A DNA stretch of 64,000 nucleotides from Tubiluchus corallicola (taxonomy: Eukaryota; Animalia; Priapulida), in assembly GCA_030141605.1 (NCBI GenBank), contig JAQGDQ010000796.1:30884-94883 (forward strand), in the 5' to 3' direction. Positions 13,029 to 27,446 of this stretch are shown here, piece by piece. Numbering within the stretch: the first letter of the stretch is position 1; each line of letters starts with the position of its first letter. The position numbers and the translations under genes are program-made. The notes below the pieces were generated by a model. It had not been told where the DNA came from. It was given only the letters and a program-made list of their open reading frames with translations, and did no database searches.

Positions 13029-13800
13029 TTAATATATATAATGTGCGTAGTGTCAGTGGTGTGCTGAGTGTAGTGTGGCGTAGTGTTGCAGTATGGTGTG
13101 GGTTGTCTGTTGACCTTTGCCAGTGATAAGAATATTTGACTATTAACATTGAAAGAATAAGCTTAGACGTTTTGGCATGTGTTAAGGTCAGTTTCTGGCC
13201 TTAACATGTAGGTGTCAGCACCTATGTGAACTTACCTGTAATTTTACCTGTGAAGTTGTAAATTAGGTTGAGCCTCACTAAACACGTTCACAGAAGCCTC
13301 AGCAAACGTTAAATAATGTTTAAATAAATTTTCAAGTAATTATTTATACCGTCTTTACCTGATTTGCTGTAAATCAGTATGATGTTCCAAGGATATATTA
13401 AGTTGTTATAACCGCACGATGTGAGTAATATTTACTTTTATTATCTTAAATTATAATAATTAAATCATTATAAATTTGTAAGCAGTGAAAGCAGTCAAAT
13501 TTATTATTTTCATTTTTTTATATACAGAAATAAAGATTTCTGAGAACACCATATGCTATGAAGGAAATTCTTTTGTGTTCCCGGCATGGTTCCGGTGTCT
13601 AGTTTACATTTAAAAAAAGCTTTTGTAGGTAATATGCAAACATAAATCCGCTTCATTCCATCCACTGTATGCATTGAGGTATCAACATTTATCAGAGTAT
13701 TCCACCCACTTCTATCTGCAGCTAACAGCGTTAGTTCTTCTACTCCCTACAATTGAAGGATCCCACTCTTGAGGTTACACAGAGACCATTATTACACTGT

Positions 13801-13814
13801 GTTGCCATGGTAAC
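13801..13814. promoter_or_regulatory. RFX X-box upstream of LRR gene 2
   Basis: GTTGCCATGGTAAC, a canonical X-box about 150 bp before ATG 13962. Confidence 0.6.
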
Positions 13815-13961
13815 GGTACAGCATTGTGTATTGTTAGTGAGTGGGCATTCATAATAAACATTCTAAGTTTGCTCATTTGAAACTTGTGTCTTCTATCTTC
13901 AATGTCACTTACGAAGGTAGTCAAGCGTAACAACCTGTCTCGTTCACTTGTCTACAACAAG

Positions 13962-14616
13962 ATGGCAGCACGTAAAGTTTCTATAATCTTTTGTGGTATA
14001 TTTGTCATTGTTTTGATGTGCATTGAGCCAGTGCTTTCAGGCTCCTGCAAGACGATTGACCATCACTTATGCCTTCATTTCACAAAGTATTACGATAAAG
14101 ACGACAACTGTGCTATATTATGCAGAAGAAACCAACCAATGTGTCACCATGGAACACCACATGAAGGCTATTGTTTAAATCCTGGAGACATCCAGGATAT
14201 AGCTGACAAACTTCCTCAGCCTATAACCAGCGTGTATATTGAACGTTTCTCAACCGACGAATCTACAGGCGGTGAGCCTCTCAGAATGAATTTTTCCGGC
14301 AAATCTGTGCAACTGTTAGATATAAAATTAAGTAAATTCACTACCTTGCATGCTAATGCTATTGAAGGCACCGTAGAAAAGCTTGTATTCAGATATAATC
14401 ATGACCTCAGGCAGATACACCCACAAGCTTTTGCTAAAGTAACTGGTCTAAAAGAGCTGAAAATTCACTTTGGCACAAAAGATTTGAAGATTCCTGCCTT
14501 GGATTTGACACAAAGTCCGGATTTCGAACTCTTGCACGTAGTTGGGGTGGAGAGCATAGAGAAGCCTCAGCTACATTCGAGTCGTCCCACTTCTAAAGTT
14601 TCGATAGTGGTTGTAG
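13962..14616 (+). CDS. LRR gene 2, exon 1 (signal peptide, Cys N-cap, divergent LRRs)
   Basis: Starts MAARKVSIIFCGIFVIVLMCIEPVLS. FSGKSVQLLDIKLSKFTTL and IHPQAF match modules 2/3 of gene 1. Phase-1 donor G|GTAAGT at 14617. Confidence 0.85.
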
Positions 14617-14689
14617 GTAAGTTTCATCTTCGACAAATAAAAGTGCCAAAATGATGAAAAACCTCTAGTAAACAGTGGAAACTCTACTT

Positions 14690-15290
14690 TCTAAAAAGAT
14701 GCATGCCTTTAGAAATTAAATAAGAAAGAAATGCGTTACTGTGCTCTAACACTTCGATTATCAAACTCTCTTGTTTCTCTATAAATATATCAACAATATT
14801 AATTCTCCTTTCAAAAACAATAAGCTCCCACTTCTTAAAAACCCCTGTATGAATAACAGAAGACTAAATTTAAGAACATTAGAGAACGAACAATCAAGAA
14901 TTCCATTACTAAGCAAGCAATACAACTTTGGAATACATTACCGACATCACTAAAACACAGCAGCTCTTTATCAATATTCAAGTCTAAATTAAAAAAAACA
15001 TTTAATGACTCGTTTTGAATATCTGACATACGAACACGATGATACTTACTCAAATCATAATTTCATTTTTCCTAGACCTTACTAAACTAGTTTATATTTT
15101 ATTTTTTGAATTTCTAGTTGCACTTTTAGTTTAGCTTGCACCAGACGCATTTGCCCAGAACAGTGTATGTTTTTTATATGAACTAACACTGATTGTCTGT
15201 CTTCTATTATGATGGTCAATGTTTTAAAATGGCAAATAAAGATTTTACTACTACTACTACTAGTACTACTACTACTACTACTACTACTAC
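14690..15290 (+). mobile_element. LINE 3' fragment with (CTA)n tail, inside the intron of LRR gene 2
   Basis: LFLYKYINNINSPFKNN resembles the ORF2 end of the 6965 family; ends AATGGCAAATAAAGAT followed by (CTA)n. Confidence 0.65.
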
Positions 15291-15546
15291 AGTCGTTAGC
15301 CAAACCGGTTTAGCCAGAATTTGCGTGTGGGAGGCTTGACTTAGCTAGGGAGCTGCCCTCCCCCCGCTGCGCCGGCCAGTGACGCTTTTTACTCTGGGTA
15401 AAGGACAAGAAGAAGGGTACCTAAAGTAGGTTTCGAAAGAATCGCCTATTATATGTATTCATAAAAATTTTATGCCTATGTCATACTCACGTTGAAACGA
15501 TTTTCTGTTTGCTTTCATTTCAAACTTCTCGCGAGACTGTACGCGA

Positions 15547-15872
<326 letters not shown>

Positions 15873-16119
15873 GTTTATTGACTAAAACAAGTTACATGTG
15901 TACACGAGGAACGAGGTAAATGCCACAATCGATACATTAGTGATTTTAGTCCAAATGTCACTTTACGTACATTTCCTAGTCAATGTTATAGCATTAAAAA
16001 CAGTGTTATGCATACAAGGTACATCAGCATAAAAGTTGCAAAATGTGATGCCCCTTAAACTTTGGCACCCCAGGTTATAGCCTAGTTAGCCTATTAGTTA
16101 TTACGCCACTGACTCCAAG

Positions 16120-16484
16120 AGTAAAATAATTCGTTGTATTGGTTGTGTCAAGCTGATTATTGGTGTTTTAGGGTTGGCAAAACTATGAAGAGTCTGATTA
16201 TAAAACTACACGTTTATTGAACATCAAACACAATAAATATGACAGATAGTAATGCCACGCCCACTGATCTAGTCTGCTCTCCTTCAGCTCCCAGACTCAA
16301 TCCCCTGAGCTGGGCGCATCACAAGGCTTATGTATCGTGCGCCGAGCTTCGACGCCTACGCTTCGGTTCTGAATCACTTGCTCACGTGACACCACTCCTT
16401 AACTGGCTTCATGCCAGCATTCATCAACATAATTATCTATCATAATCTAACGCTTTTAACATAGTTTAACAGGTCCTCTTTACT
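16120..16484 (-). mobile_element. Solo-LTR-like element with AGT...ACT termini
   Basis: CCAAG|AGTAAA...TTTACT|CCAAG (5-bp TSD); second copy at 60092-60506; minus-strand TATA-like and AATAAA motifs. Confidence 0.65.
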
Positions 16485-16521
16485 CCAAGCCTCAATAACT
16501 AACAAGAATATTATTTTCCAG

Positions 16522-16679
16522 GTTATTGGTTGATTTGTGACGCCCGTCTTATCTGGTCTCTGGATGATGAGTGGGACTACATAGCCTTGTTCTGCGGTTT
16601 ACCTAGACGTGTTGCCTTCAAAGAATTCACAACTTCAGCGTGCGTAGTGCTCGACTTATGCCCAAGAAGACTAGGCTAA
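16522..16679 (+). CDS. LRR gene 2, exon 2 (C-cap; spliced protein 270 aa, secreted)
   Basis: Phase-1 acceptor TTTTCCAG|. GYWLICDARLIWSLDDEWDYIALFC aligns to ESRLICDCDMYWMFNISWASREVDC. TAA at 16677-16679 and AATAAA near 16903. Not in the ORF track. Confidence 0.8.
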
Positions 16680-17529
16680 AATTTGTGTTTCTATTATTTG
16701 TCGTTCTATTTTTAGGAATTTTTTTTTGTTTTCTCACAAAACCCATTATTTGTTTGCCTTTGTTGTTTATTTTACAAAATCATTTTTTTCCGTAGTGAAA
16801 ATGTTCAGTTGTGTAAAGTCCGTAACGTGTTCTGGTGTTCGAATTATATCCGTTTACTACTTGTGGTGTATTAGCATTTTCGCTTGTACATTTTAATGTT
16901 CGAAATAAATTTTAATTAAAAGCGTCTAAAACGTTTTAGACTGTTTTGTGATGTCTATCGAAAAAATTGAATTTGATGCCAAATAGCTTTAAAGAGAGGG
17001 AGAGTCTGTCCTGATGGTGCACTGTTAACACTAATTTATGTCTAATTTATGGCAGTGAAAAGGTTGCATTACCCTTAAACCTTAGTGGGTATTGATTGAT
17101 TTGCTCTTACCTGTGATTTTGCGTTAATTGTGCTGTGAAAATAATCCAGTCAAAAATAGTCATTAGACAAACATAACGATTTGTATAAATTGTTGTCACA
17201 CTAATAATACACTTTATTAACAAATTTAACTGTTACACTTTACATTACATTACAAATTATAACAAAAATAATCACATAATTCACAGCACTTTAAATAATC
17301 TCACATACAGGCCTATATCAAAAACAAGAAAAAGGGGGACCACCTTGTGTGGTACCGGCTAATAGGTGGTCACTGATAGGCCTATATTAAAAACAAGAAA
17401 AAGGGGACCACTCTTTGCCTGCTAATAGGTGGTCACTGATCTGCGGTGACCCTTCATTTTTATAGGCAAGGTTAACTAAACGCATGATTACACATGCATG
17501 AACGAAGCATACGATCTAAATAATATTGT

Positions 17530-18075
17530 AAGGCCACCAAAGAAGCCATACTTGGTTTAAAGCGGATTTTCCGACAATGTCTTTGTACAGCATTCTCGTG
17601 GTCCGTCCCGCGGGAGAATTCCATGATGCTTATAACTTTTGTTAATTCTTCCAGCGTTGCTGATGTCCAGATCATGAAGAAAATACAATGTTAAATTATG
17701 CCCTGAAAAGATTTCCATGCAAATCTATATTACTTACGCTTACCTGCTGGAAAGACTTACGTAACTAGAAATAATAATTTAAAATGTTCGTGCCAAATGG
17801 TAAAATCGCTAGTTCACCCTCCAGGGTGCGCCACTCACTACCAAAAACGTATTTTTAATCTTATTAACAATGTACTTAATTTAAAATTTCACTTAGTTAG
17901 TAACACGTGTGCTACGATTATTTTTCAAACTTCGCGTATTGTCTAAAATGGCTGCGACTAACGGTCAGCAGTTTAAATTTAGAAGTTTTTCACAGTGTTA
18001 CTGCCGACACAAGCCCTGTATGCAAAAATACAGTATGTAATGCTATAAAATATCAGGACGAATTTTTAAGCTTTA
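17530..18075 (-). mobile_element. Reverse, partial copy of the Kolobok-like family
   Basis: Reverse complement of internal motifs such as GTGGCGCACCCTGGAGGGTGA and CTAGTTAC...AAGTCTTTCC. Confidence 0.6.
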
Positions 18076-18461
18076 AATAAATGATAATCAAACACATGCA
18101 GCAAAATTTAGCCCAGAAGGTCATCTCTCCTACCTCCGCTATGAACGAACGACAGTCCAATACTTTATTCTTTCAATCCCTTCCTCAGATGGTCCATCAA
18201 TTAGTTGTAATATGATTTGACTCTTATTTTGGCAAAATGACAACGTGTTAGGCTCTAGTCTAAGCCTTACTCGTTACGTCACCCACTTTGAACTAAGCAC
18301 CTTAGCGACAGCAAGTGGTCGCCAGGTTACAATTTTAGTGATAATTCATCCTGGTTATTTTTACACCTCAGCAACTGCCTTAAAATTAATAATAACCTCT
18401 GCCGCGCTTTCCTTTTCAGTGGAAGAAATTCAAAAATCTTGAAGCTCAAATATCAACACCA

Positions 18462-19718
18462 ATGCAGAGATGGTCAGTCGGAGTGATATCTTTACTGTTC
18501 GTTGTGGTTGGTATGCTTAACATTGGAAGTGCAAATTCACAGTCTTCTGATTGTGATATAAAGTCGTTGAACTTATCTGCGTCATATGATCTTGTACCAG
18601 GTTGTACCAGAAGCACCTATGATTCAGTAACCTGCAGTGTGAAAGGTCTTGACTGCGCATCGTGGAAGAAGTTTAAGCAAGACTTTGAAGACACCGACAA
18701 TCCTGAGGTAAACCATTTCATTCTCAACAACATGGAGCTCACTGAACTACCAAGGATTTCATCAGTATATATATATATATATATATATAATAATCTTTAT
18801 TTGCCATTAAAACATTGATAATCACTGATAAAAACTTTACAGAGATAATCAATCAGTGTTAGTTAATAAAAACTTACACTGCTAAAGGCAAATGCGTCAG
18901 TGCAATCTAAACTACTGTGCAGTAATGACGAATAAAATCAAACATATTTACAACCATACACAAAACAAAAAAAAAAACAAATTATGATTTAATTAATATG
19001 GCCGTGGGTATATGAATTCTGAATTAGTGTGTATGTTGTCGTACTGGTGTGATGGTATTTCATATGTGGTTAATATTAGTGATTTTAATTTTGTTTTAAA
19101 TGCTGATAGGGACTTGACCTATTGAATTGGGACATTTCAATCATCTTTCCAGAATTGAAAAACAGTTTGTAAGCGCGTCGTTGTAGGAAATGGTTAAAAT
19201 CATCGGTTTTCCAAGGTTGTCGCATATCGACTGGGATGCGTATAACAATTTGCTGCTTCTGCGTGAAATTGTGATCAAAGATCGTCCGATGATAAAGAAA
19301 CTGGCGTTCACGTTTCCCAGCTTGCAACACCTGGAACTTTTACACATAGCAAGCACTAACATTGTTACAATGGGCATGCCAATGTTTTATTCTGACGAAA
19401 TGCTAAGCAAAGTAAGTCTTTACTTCGACGGAAATCCGTTAATTTGTGATTGCCAGACAGCATGGATCAAAACCAGACCCTGGAAAAGCTCTCAAGTATA
19501 TTGTGATATTGTCCTCCATGCAAAAGAAAAAGAAAAGAATTAGAGAAGTTGAAATAACTGCAGTGGATTTCTGTCCATCTAGTCCGACAGATCCCTCCTC
19601 CGGAAGGTCGAAGCTCTTGTCATAAAATAGCGTGGTACCTAGTTCTCATATCTACATATACCAAATTTTACCTGTAAATGTACTTGGGTTTATGTGCTGT
19701 GTTTTCTTTTCTAGATAA
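18462..19718 (+). pseudogene. LRR paralog 3, disabled
   Basis: Signal peptide; AYNNLLLLREIVI and NPLICDCQTAW match module 1 of gene 1. Frameshift near 18753, LINE insertion 18766-19117, in-frame TAG at 19184, frameshift near 19535 and a stop before the hydrophobic tail. Confidence 0.82.
18766..19117 (-). mobile_element. Truncated LINE 3' end inserted in the LRR pseudogene
   Basis: Near-identical to about 6975-7330. Confidence 0.85.
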
Positions 19719-20130
19719 ATAGGACTACAGTGAATGCTAATTATAGATTGTATGCTGCAAATCAGCTCTTATAGCTACAAATCAGTGACCTAGCAAGTCA
19801 CTGAAGTACTTTTTGCTCAAGTAACTCATGGCGAACACAACTGGTGGAGGAGGAGAAGACGTATGAAGACAGAGACACCTGGAGAGACGTTATCAAGTGT
19901 TCGCCGGCTGACAGATGAAAATCTACCAGGAGGATGGTGAGAAAGGTGAGAAATGCTGCAAATCAACTGCTATCATCTGTTAAAATCGTAAAATTATCAT
20001 GTCTACAAACTTGTTGCCTGCTAATTGTAGAAAAATAAAGTTAATAATAACTTTAAATAACTTATAAAAATTGCAAGTTGAATTTGTGAAGATGTTTTGG
20101 CATCTTCACAAATTTACATCCAAACATCCA

Positions 20131-20753
20131 TACAGATCGGCCGTTTTTGTATTTTTCTTGTGATCCAAAAAATGGGCAAAAATCGTCATTGAGTGAGACT
20201 CAGAGAGTTCAAATAGTGACTTTACATCAAGAAGGATATACTGAAAGGGCGATAAGTGCTAGATTACGGTTTTCCAAGACAGCCGTGCACCAAGCTATCG
20301 TCAAATTCAAGACTGATGGCACTTACAGCGATAGGAAACGGTCTGGATGTACGCGGAAGACTACCCAAAGAGACGACCACATCATGAGACGCATGGTGGT
20401 ACGCTCAGGACATCCGCGGAAGACTACCCAAAGAGACGACCACATCATGAGACGCATGGTGGTACGCTCAGGACGTCCGCGGAAGACTACCCAAAGAGAC
20501 GACCACATCATGAGACGCATGGTGGTACGCTCAGGACGTCCGCGGAAGACTACCCAAAGAGACGACCACATCATGAGACGCATGGTGGTACGCTCGCCTA
20601 TGAGCTCCTGCAAGAAGATTCGGGCTCAGATGCGCTTGACAGGCTTAGAATTGTGTGCCAGTACAGTTTCTTTAGATGGAACCGTGTTAAACGATGGTTT
20701 TGGCAATTTTCATGAAAAAAATCACTTTGGTCTTAAACTTTTGCAAATGATCG
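20131..20753 (+). mobile_element. Second deleted Tc1-like copy (5'-truncated), with 4 units of a 63-bp internal repeat
   Basis: Near-identical to 11688-12345; right TIR plus TA; one A missing after the ATG (frameshift). Confidence 0.9.
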
Positions 20754-21264
20754 TACTGCACGATGAAAACTCTCCATCACAGTAGGGGTAACGTTAAATC
20801 ATTTACGTTGTCTTAAAAAGTACGAAAGTCGACAGGCCTCCCCATTTAAGTTCATCTGAAATTTTTATTCCTAGAAATTTGAAAACTTTTTAACGATTTC
20901 TACAGCTGCATTATTTATAAGCAATAATCCAATGATTTCATGTGATTTTACTGAATTCGCGTGTCGCGTCGTCATTAAACCGCCGGTGCGCTCTCTTCAG
21001 GGGAATGCATTAGAAGTTAGATTAGAGACATTATTCTATCATGCTGATTGAGCTGCACTCCTATTGGCTAATACTGACTATTGTGTTGGCCTAATTCAGT
21101 TAACCTAATGCCATTAGTAGACGCAAATGTGATTCTGATATCATCCGCCGAGGGTTCAGTTTGGCTTCATTATCTAGACTGGTAACGTGATTCGTTATTG
21201 ACTATTTATCATTGTGACAAATGCGAGTGAGGTCACGTCAAGCCAAAGAGAAAACTAGAGTCAA

Positions 21265-21660
21265 TTTATAAACCCTATAAAAACTGTAACACGTATAATT
21301 TCCACAGTGTACCCATATTTGACAAAATAACCGCCATTTTAGATTTCAATATGGCCGCGTGTGGAGCTTAACCACTGAAGTATTTACTACAATCAATTTA
21401 TAAAATAAAGATAATTTAAACCTTGTGAAATTATAACACGTAAGATTTGCACCTAACAATTGTGATTTGGCAAAAATAACCGCCATTTTACATTTCAATA
21501 TGGCCGTGTGAGGTAGCTTAATCACTCGAGTTTTAAGAAAATTAATTTATAAAACAAAAATATCTTCAACCCTATAAAAACTTTAATACGAAAGATTTTC
21601 ACAATGACATTCGTGATCTGACAAAATAACCGCCATTTTAAATTTCAAAATGGCCGCCCT
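21265..21660. repeat. About 150-bp diverged tandem repeat, 3 copies
   Basis: AAAATAACCGCCATTTTA-ATTTCAA-ATGGCCG near 21324, 21472 and 21623. Confidence 0.8.
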
Positions 21661-22089
21661 TTATAAAATTTATTGTTTTTTTTTGCTGACACTTTTCAGA
21701 GGCAATTCGCAGACTGATGTCCGGCAATGCCAATTGACATTTTCGTGCAAAATGGTCCTCAAAAAGGTACATTTGTGTGCATCAGAACAATATAGTTTAT
21801 AGCTTTCGTATTTGTACGTATTTTATGCACTTGTTTTATATATCGTATAATATGTACTGAAATAAATTTTCAATAAATAAAGCAATGAAATATTTGTCAT
21901 TATAATAGTAGTCTGAAACATTATTTTTTGATTGGTCAAATACATTTACATTTTTACATAAATTCTCCAAACGAGACTGTATAGCTAAGGCATAACTTGT
22001 ACGGAATATGTTTTTATCGTGTTAGCCGTTAATGTATTTTTGTTTTTATAGTCACAATGTATGTATCTTGTTTACAGTGTATACTGCGT

Positions 22090-22257
22090 TGTTGGCATCC
22101 TTCTGTCTCGGAAGACAATGGAATGTGCGCCAAGAGAGTCTGATTCTTGAACGTCTCCAGGGCACACACCTGGGCAATGTGTATGGAGATTCTGAGTTGC
22201 CCAGACAACAGGAACCCCTTCTCTTCCTCCATGGTGTAGGTCAAAGGAAAGCGGAGT
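22090..22257 (-). mobile_element. Truncated copy of the RTE-like SINE body found at 60655-60812
   Basis: GTTGGCATC...GAAGACAATGGAATGT...CAAAGGAAAGCGGAG is shared between the two. Confidence 0.8.
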
Positions 22258-22708
22258 AAAACAACGACTGTAGATGGCAGCATAGACTAAATCAGTACTT
22301 TAGTGTAGTAGACTGACAATTAAATGGATCACATAATACTACATTCGCGTACTCGGTACAATAAGCGACAGCAATATTATTATAATTTAACGCGTACAGT
22401 TATCTATAAAGCGCATTATCTTATATGTTATCTCATTCATAGGGTCTTGTGAGTAGGCAATTTTTACAAGCCTGAACAACATGTTAATAAATTCTGTTGA
22501 AATAAATCGTTACAAACCAACGCTGCACGACAACATACTCTCTGTAAAAAAATTAGCATCACGTGGCTACAAAATACGACGTTTATTATGGCGCACCCTG
22601 TACATGGCTTCATAACACATGAATTCTAGCAGCGTTTATACGACGCCTAAGCAGCCGTAGTTAATAGAGTGTAGCGAGAACGTGAGTGATAATTCAATTA
22701 TCTAAATT

Positions 22709-24632
22709 ACAACGCGGAATACAAGTGTTACGCTTGTTGCGTTCACCAGGGCGTATCCAGGTTTACAACGCGGAATACAAGTGTTACGCTTGTTGCGTTT
22801 ACCAGGGCGTATCTAGGTTTACAACGCGGAACACAAGTGTTACGCTTGTTGCGTTCACCAGGGCGTATCCAGGTTTACAACGCGGAATACAAGTGTTACG
22901 CTTGTTGCGTTCAGCAGGGCGTGTCCAGGTTTACAACGCGGAATACAAGTGTTACGCTTGTTGCGTTCAGCAGGGCGTGTCCAGGTTTACAACGCGGAAT
23001 ACAAGTGTTACGCTTGTTGCGTTCAGCAGGGCGTGTCCAGGTTTGCAACACGGAATACAAGTGTTACGCTTGTTGCGTTTACGAGGGCGTATCCAGGTTT
23101 ACAACGCGGAATAAAGGTGTTCCGCTTGTAGCGTTTACGAGGGCGTATCCAGGTTTACAACGCGGAATACAAGTGTTACGCTTGTTGCGTTTACCAGGGC
23201 GTATCCAGGTCTACAACGCGGAATACAAGTGTTATGCTTGTTGCGTTTACCAGGGCGTATCCAGGTCTACAGCGCGGAATACAAGTGTTACGCTTGTTGC
23301 GTTCAGCAGGGCGTATGCAGGTTTACAACGAGGAATACAAGTGTTACGCTTGTTGCGTTTACCAGGGCGTATGCAGGTTTACAACGAGGAATACAAGTGT
23401 TACGCTTGTTGCGTTTACCAGGGCGTGTGCAGGTTTACAACGAGGAATACAAGTGTTACGCTTGTTGCGTTTACGAGGGCGTATCCAGGTTTACAACGCG
23501 GAATAAAGGTGTTACGCTTGTTGCGTTTACCAGGGCGTATCCAGGTTTACAACGCGGAATACAAGTGTAACGCTTGTTGCGTTCAGCAGGGCGTATCCAG
23601 GTTTACAACGAGGAATACAAGTGTTGCGCTTGTTGCGTTTATCAGGGCGTATCCAGGTCTACAACGCGGAATACAAGTGTTGTGCTTGTTGCGTTTATCA
23701 GGGCGTATGCAGGCTTACAACGCGGAATACAAGTGTTACGCTTGTTGCGTTCAGCAGGGCGTGTGCAGGTTTACAACGCGGAATACAAGTGTTACGCTTA
23801 TTGCGTTCAGCAGGGCGTATCCAGGTTTACAACGCGGAATACAAGTGTAACGCTTATTGCGTTCAGCAGGGCGTATCCAGGTTTACAACGCGGAATACAA
23901 GTGTTGTGCTTGTTGCGTTTATCAGGGCGTATGCAGGCTTACAACGAGGAATACAAGTGTTACGCTTGTTGCGTTTATCAGGGCGTATCCAGGTTTACAA
24001 CGCGGAACACAAGTGTTACGCTTGTTGCGTTTACCAGGGCGTATCCAGGTTTACAACGCGGAATACAAGTGTTACGCTTATTGCGTTCAGCAGGGCGTAT
24101 CCAGGTTTACAACGCGGAATACAAGTGTAACGCTTGTTGCGTTTACCAGGGCGTATCCAGGTTTGCAACGCGGAATACAAGTGTTACGCTTGTTGCTTTG
24201 TTGCGTTCACCAGGGCGTATCCAGATCTACAACATGGAATACAAGTGTTACGCTTGTTGCGTTCACCAGGGCGTATCCAGGTTTACAGCGCGGAATACAA
24301 GTGTTACGCTTGTTGCGTTCACCAGGGCGTATCCAGGTTTACAATGCGGAATACAAGTGTTGCGCTTGTTGCGTTCAACAGGGCGTATCCAGGTTTACAA
24401 CGCGGAAGACAAGTGATGCGCTTGTTGCGTTCAACAGAGCGTATCAGGTTTACAACGCGGAAGACAAGTGTTACGCTTGTTGCGTTCACCAGGGCGTGTC
24501 TAGGTTTACAATGGGTAATACAAGTGCTTCACTTGTTGCGTTCAAGAGGGGCGTATCCAGGTTTATAATTTGGAATAAAAGTGTTACGCTTGTTGCGTTC
24601 ATGAGGGCATATCCAGATTAAAACGTGGAATA
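22709..24632. repeat. 56-bp minisatellite, about 34 copies
   Basis: Unit ACAACGCGGAATACAAGTGTTACGCTTGTTGCGTTCACCAGGGCGTATCCAGGTTT. Confidence 0.97.
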
Positions 24633-25079
24633 AAGTTAATAAATTAACTTTTCATCCTGCTGCTTAAATGAAGTTCTGGCACAAGACTTCATAGTCAGGA
24701 CAAGCAAACATTACAATCAATATGCGATCAAAACTGAATTAGACAAAATTTAAAAATTTAAAATATTTATAAAGAAAGTCAGCGAATTACTTATAAATAG
24801 TCATTAGTTAGAATGTATTTTATTTTCCTTTATCTGTATCAACTTTTATAACCATTTTTATGTAACATGAATTAGGATGTTCTTTATTTTTATAATGATA
24901 TTTATATATTTCTCACTTCGATTAACTGTAAACTGTGCAAAGAAAAAACCTCATTTATGGGAACTGCACGTGTAATGTAATAAAAAAAGATGGCGTGTGC
25001 AAGGTTTAAACGTGAAATACGTATCGATATCTGCTTAGACTAGTCTCTGTTGCTGGAAGAAACGGACTTTAAAATTGGA

Positions 25080-25310
25080 ATTACAGTGTTTTGTGACTTC
25101 ACGAAGGCCTTTTGGGGAACATTTTAATAATTAAATTAGCCCAAGCAGTTGTACCAGACAGGCTTTTCAGACAGATTTGTTTATTTCTGAAAAATAGGCA
25201 TGATTAAAGTCCGTATCGAAAATTTGTGCCGTGAGGGTGTACCGCAGGGATTTGTCCTGTCACCACCATTGTTTATACTATATGTGTCAGACATGTTTAG
25301 TGAAACCGAC
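25080..25310 (+). mobile_element. Decayed non-LTR reverse transcriptase fragment
   Basis: DFTKAF and GVPQGFVLSPPLFILYVSDM motifs are readable. Confidence 0.65.
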
Positions 25311-25989
25311 GCAAACAGAAATGTTTTTTTAGCTTAAATTTTCTTATAATGGAACAATTTATGTACGTGTTTGATCCATATTTGGTATATTATACGTATA
25401 TGCAAATACTATTAACGATTGTTGTGAATTTTCTCTGATTTCATGTGTTAAACACTCTTTCAACTTTGATTAAACAAAACAGAATGTTTTCGACGTTGAT
25501 CAAAATGCCAGTCTAGCCCAAAAAGAGATAAACTGAATGTACGTAAAAACGGCACAAGTGAAAACGGCACAGGTAAAAATGCACAGGCACAAAATGGCAT
25601 GGCACAAATAGCACTGGAAAAAATGGCACAGAAAAAACGACACAAATAAAAAATTTGTAAAATGGCACAGGTGAAAATGGTACACTTAGTAAAATATGGG
25701 TTGGAGGGGGTAATTATTTTAACATCTGCTACAGAAGTTGTTGTTCAACACAGTTTGTTTGTTTGTTTGTTTGTTTGGTTGGTTGGTTGCTTTATATCTG
25801 TTATAGCAGTAAGCTCATTACGAAAAAAATTACCTGAACATATTTCAAAAAAATTGTTCCACGACATTTGTCGGGTGTAGGGTGCCAAAATGGGTGTTTT
25901 TCCGCCGGTTCTTTTTCCTGCAAAACATGACCGAACGCCACGTACAAAAACATTTGTGAAGCACTACGTGAACTTTTTTCCTTTTGCTT

Positions 25990-26718
<729 letters not shown>

Positions 26719-27446
26719 CTCACTCCTCACCTTATTCTAACCATACTTAGTTCTTGCTACACATACCGCATTGCCATCAACATTTCTGATGCTGCTGAAT
26801 TTAACTCTTGCCTTTCATAAATGCACACTATAATGGCAAAATGCCAATTTGAAACTTTCGTAATTGAATGGCGTTAATGACAGTTTATTTCAGAAAACTT
26901 GTTTAGCACAAAATACCATATAAGTACGCGATAAACACGAAGCAATGATTAAGTAATCAGACTTTTTCTAATCATAACTTTATTATACAGGAAACCTAAA
27001 TCGTTTCTTAATAACATTTTGTAATAACTTATTGAAACATTAGCTTCACATTTATAAATAGGTACGTATTTGATAACCAGTTTCCCAATCCCCACTCGGT
27101 TCTCTCACCTTAATGCTAAACTTTGAGAAATGCGTAGGAGTAATTCAACAGCGCAAGATACGAATTAAGTTCAGGGAGCGTTTGCTTCGATATATTTTGG
27201 GAAGGAAGGTCTTTTCCCATGCGTACTGGATTTTTCCCGGAAGTGAAGAACCCCTACTAAACTCTCTTGCGATACGCGCAAGTTATTGTGGGATATTTTA
27301 ATCAACTGCTTGAATTATACTTTGCAGTTTTCTCCGAGCCTAATTAAAAACTGGCGCAATTTCAATCAAATGTGTGACTTAATTACGCATGTAGCCTGAT
27401 TATTAGTTAAATACCAAGAATGGAAAATATTTCCAAAGACGATGAT

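Noticed and set aside
22709-24632. CRISPR array, or long coding ORFs (up to 337 aa)
   Set aside because: Head-to-tail units with no unique spacers, eukaryotic context and no cas genes; the ORFs cycle through the frames of a 56-bp unit
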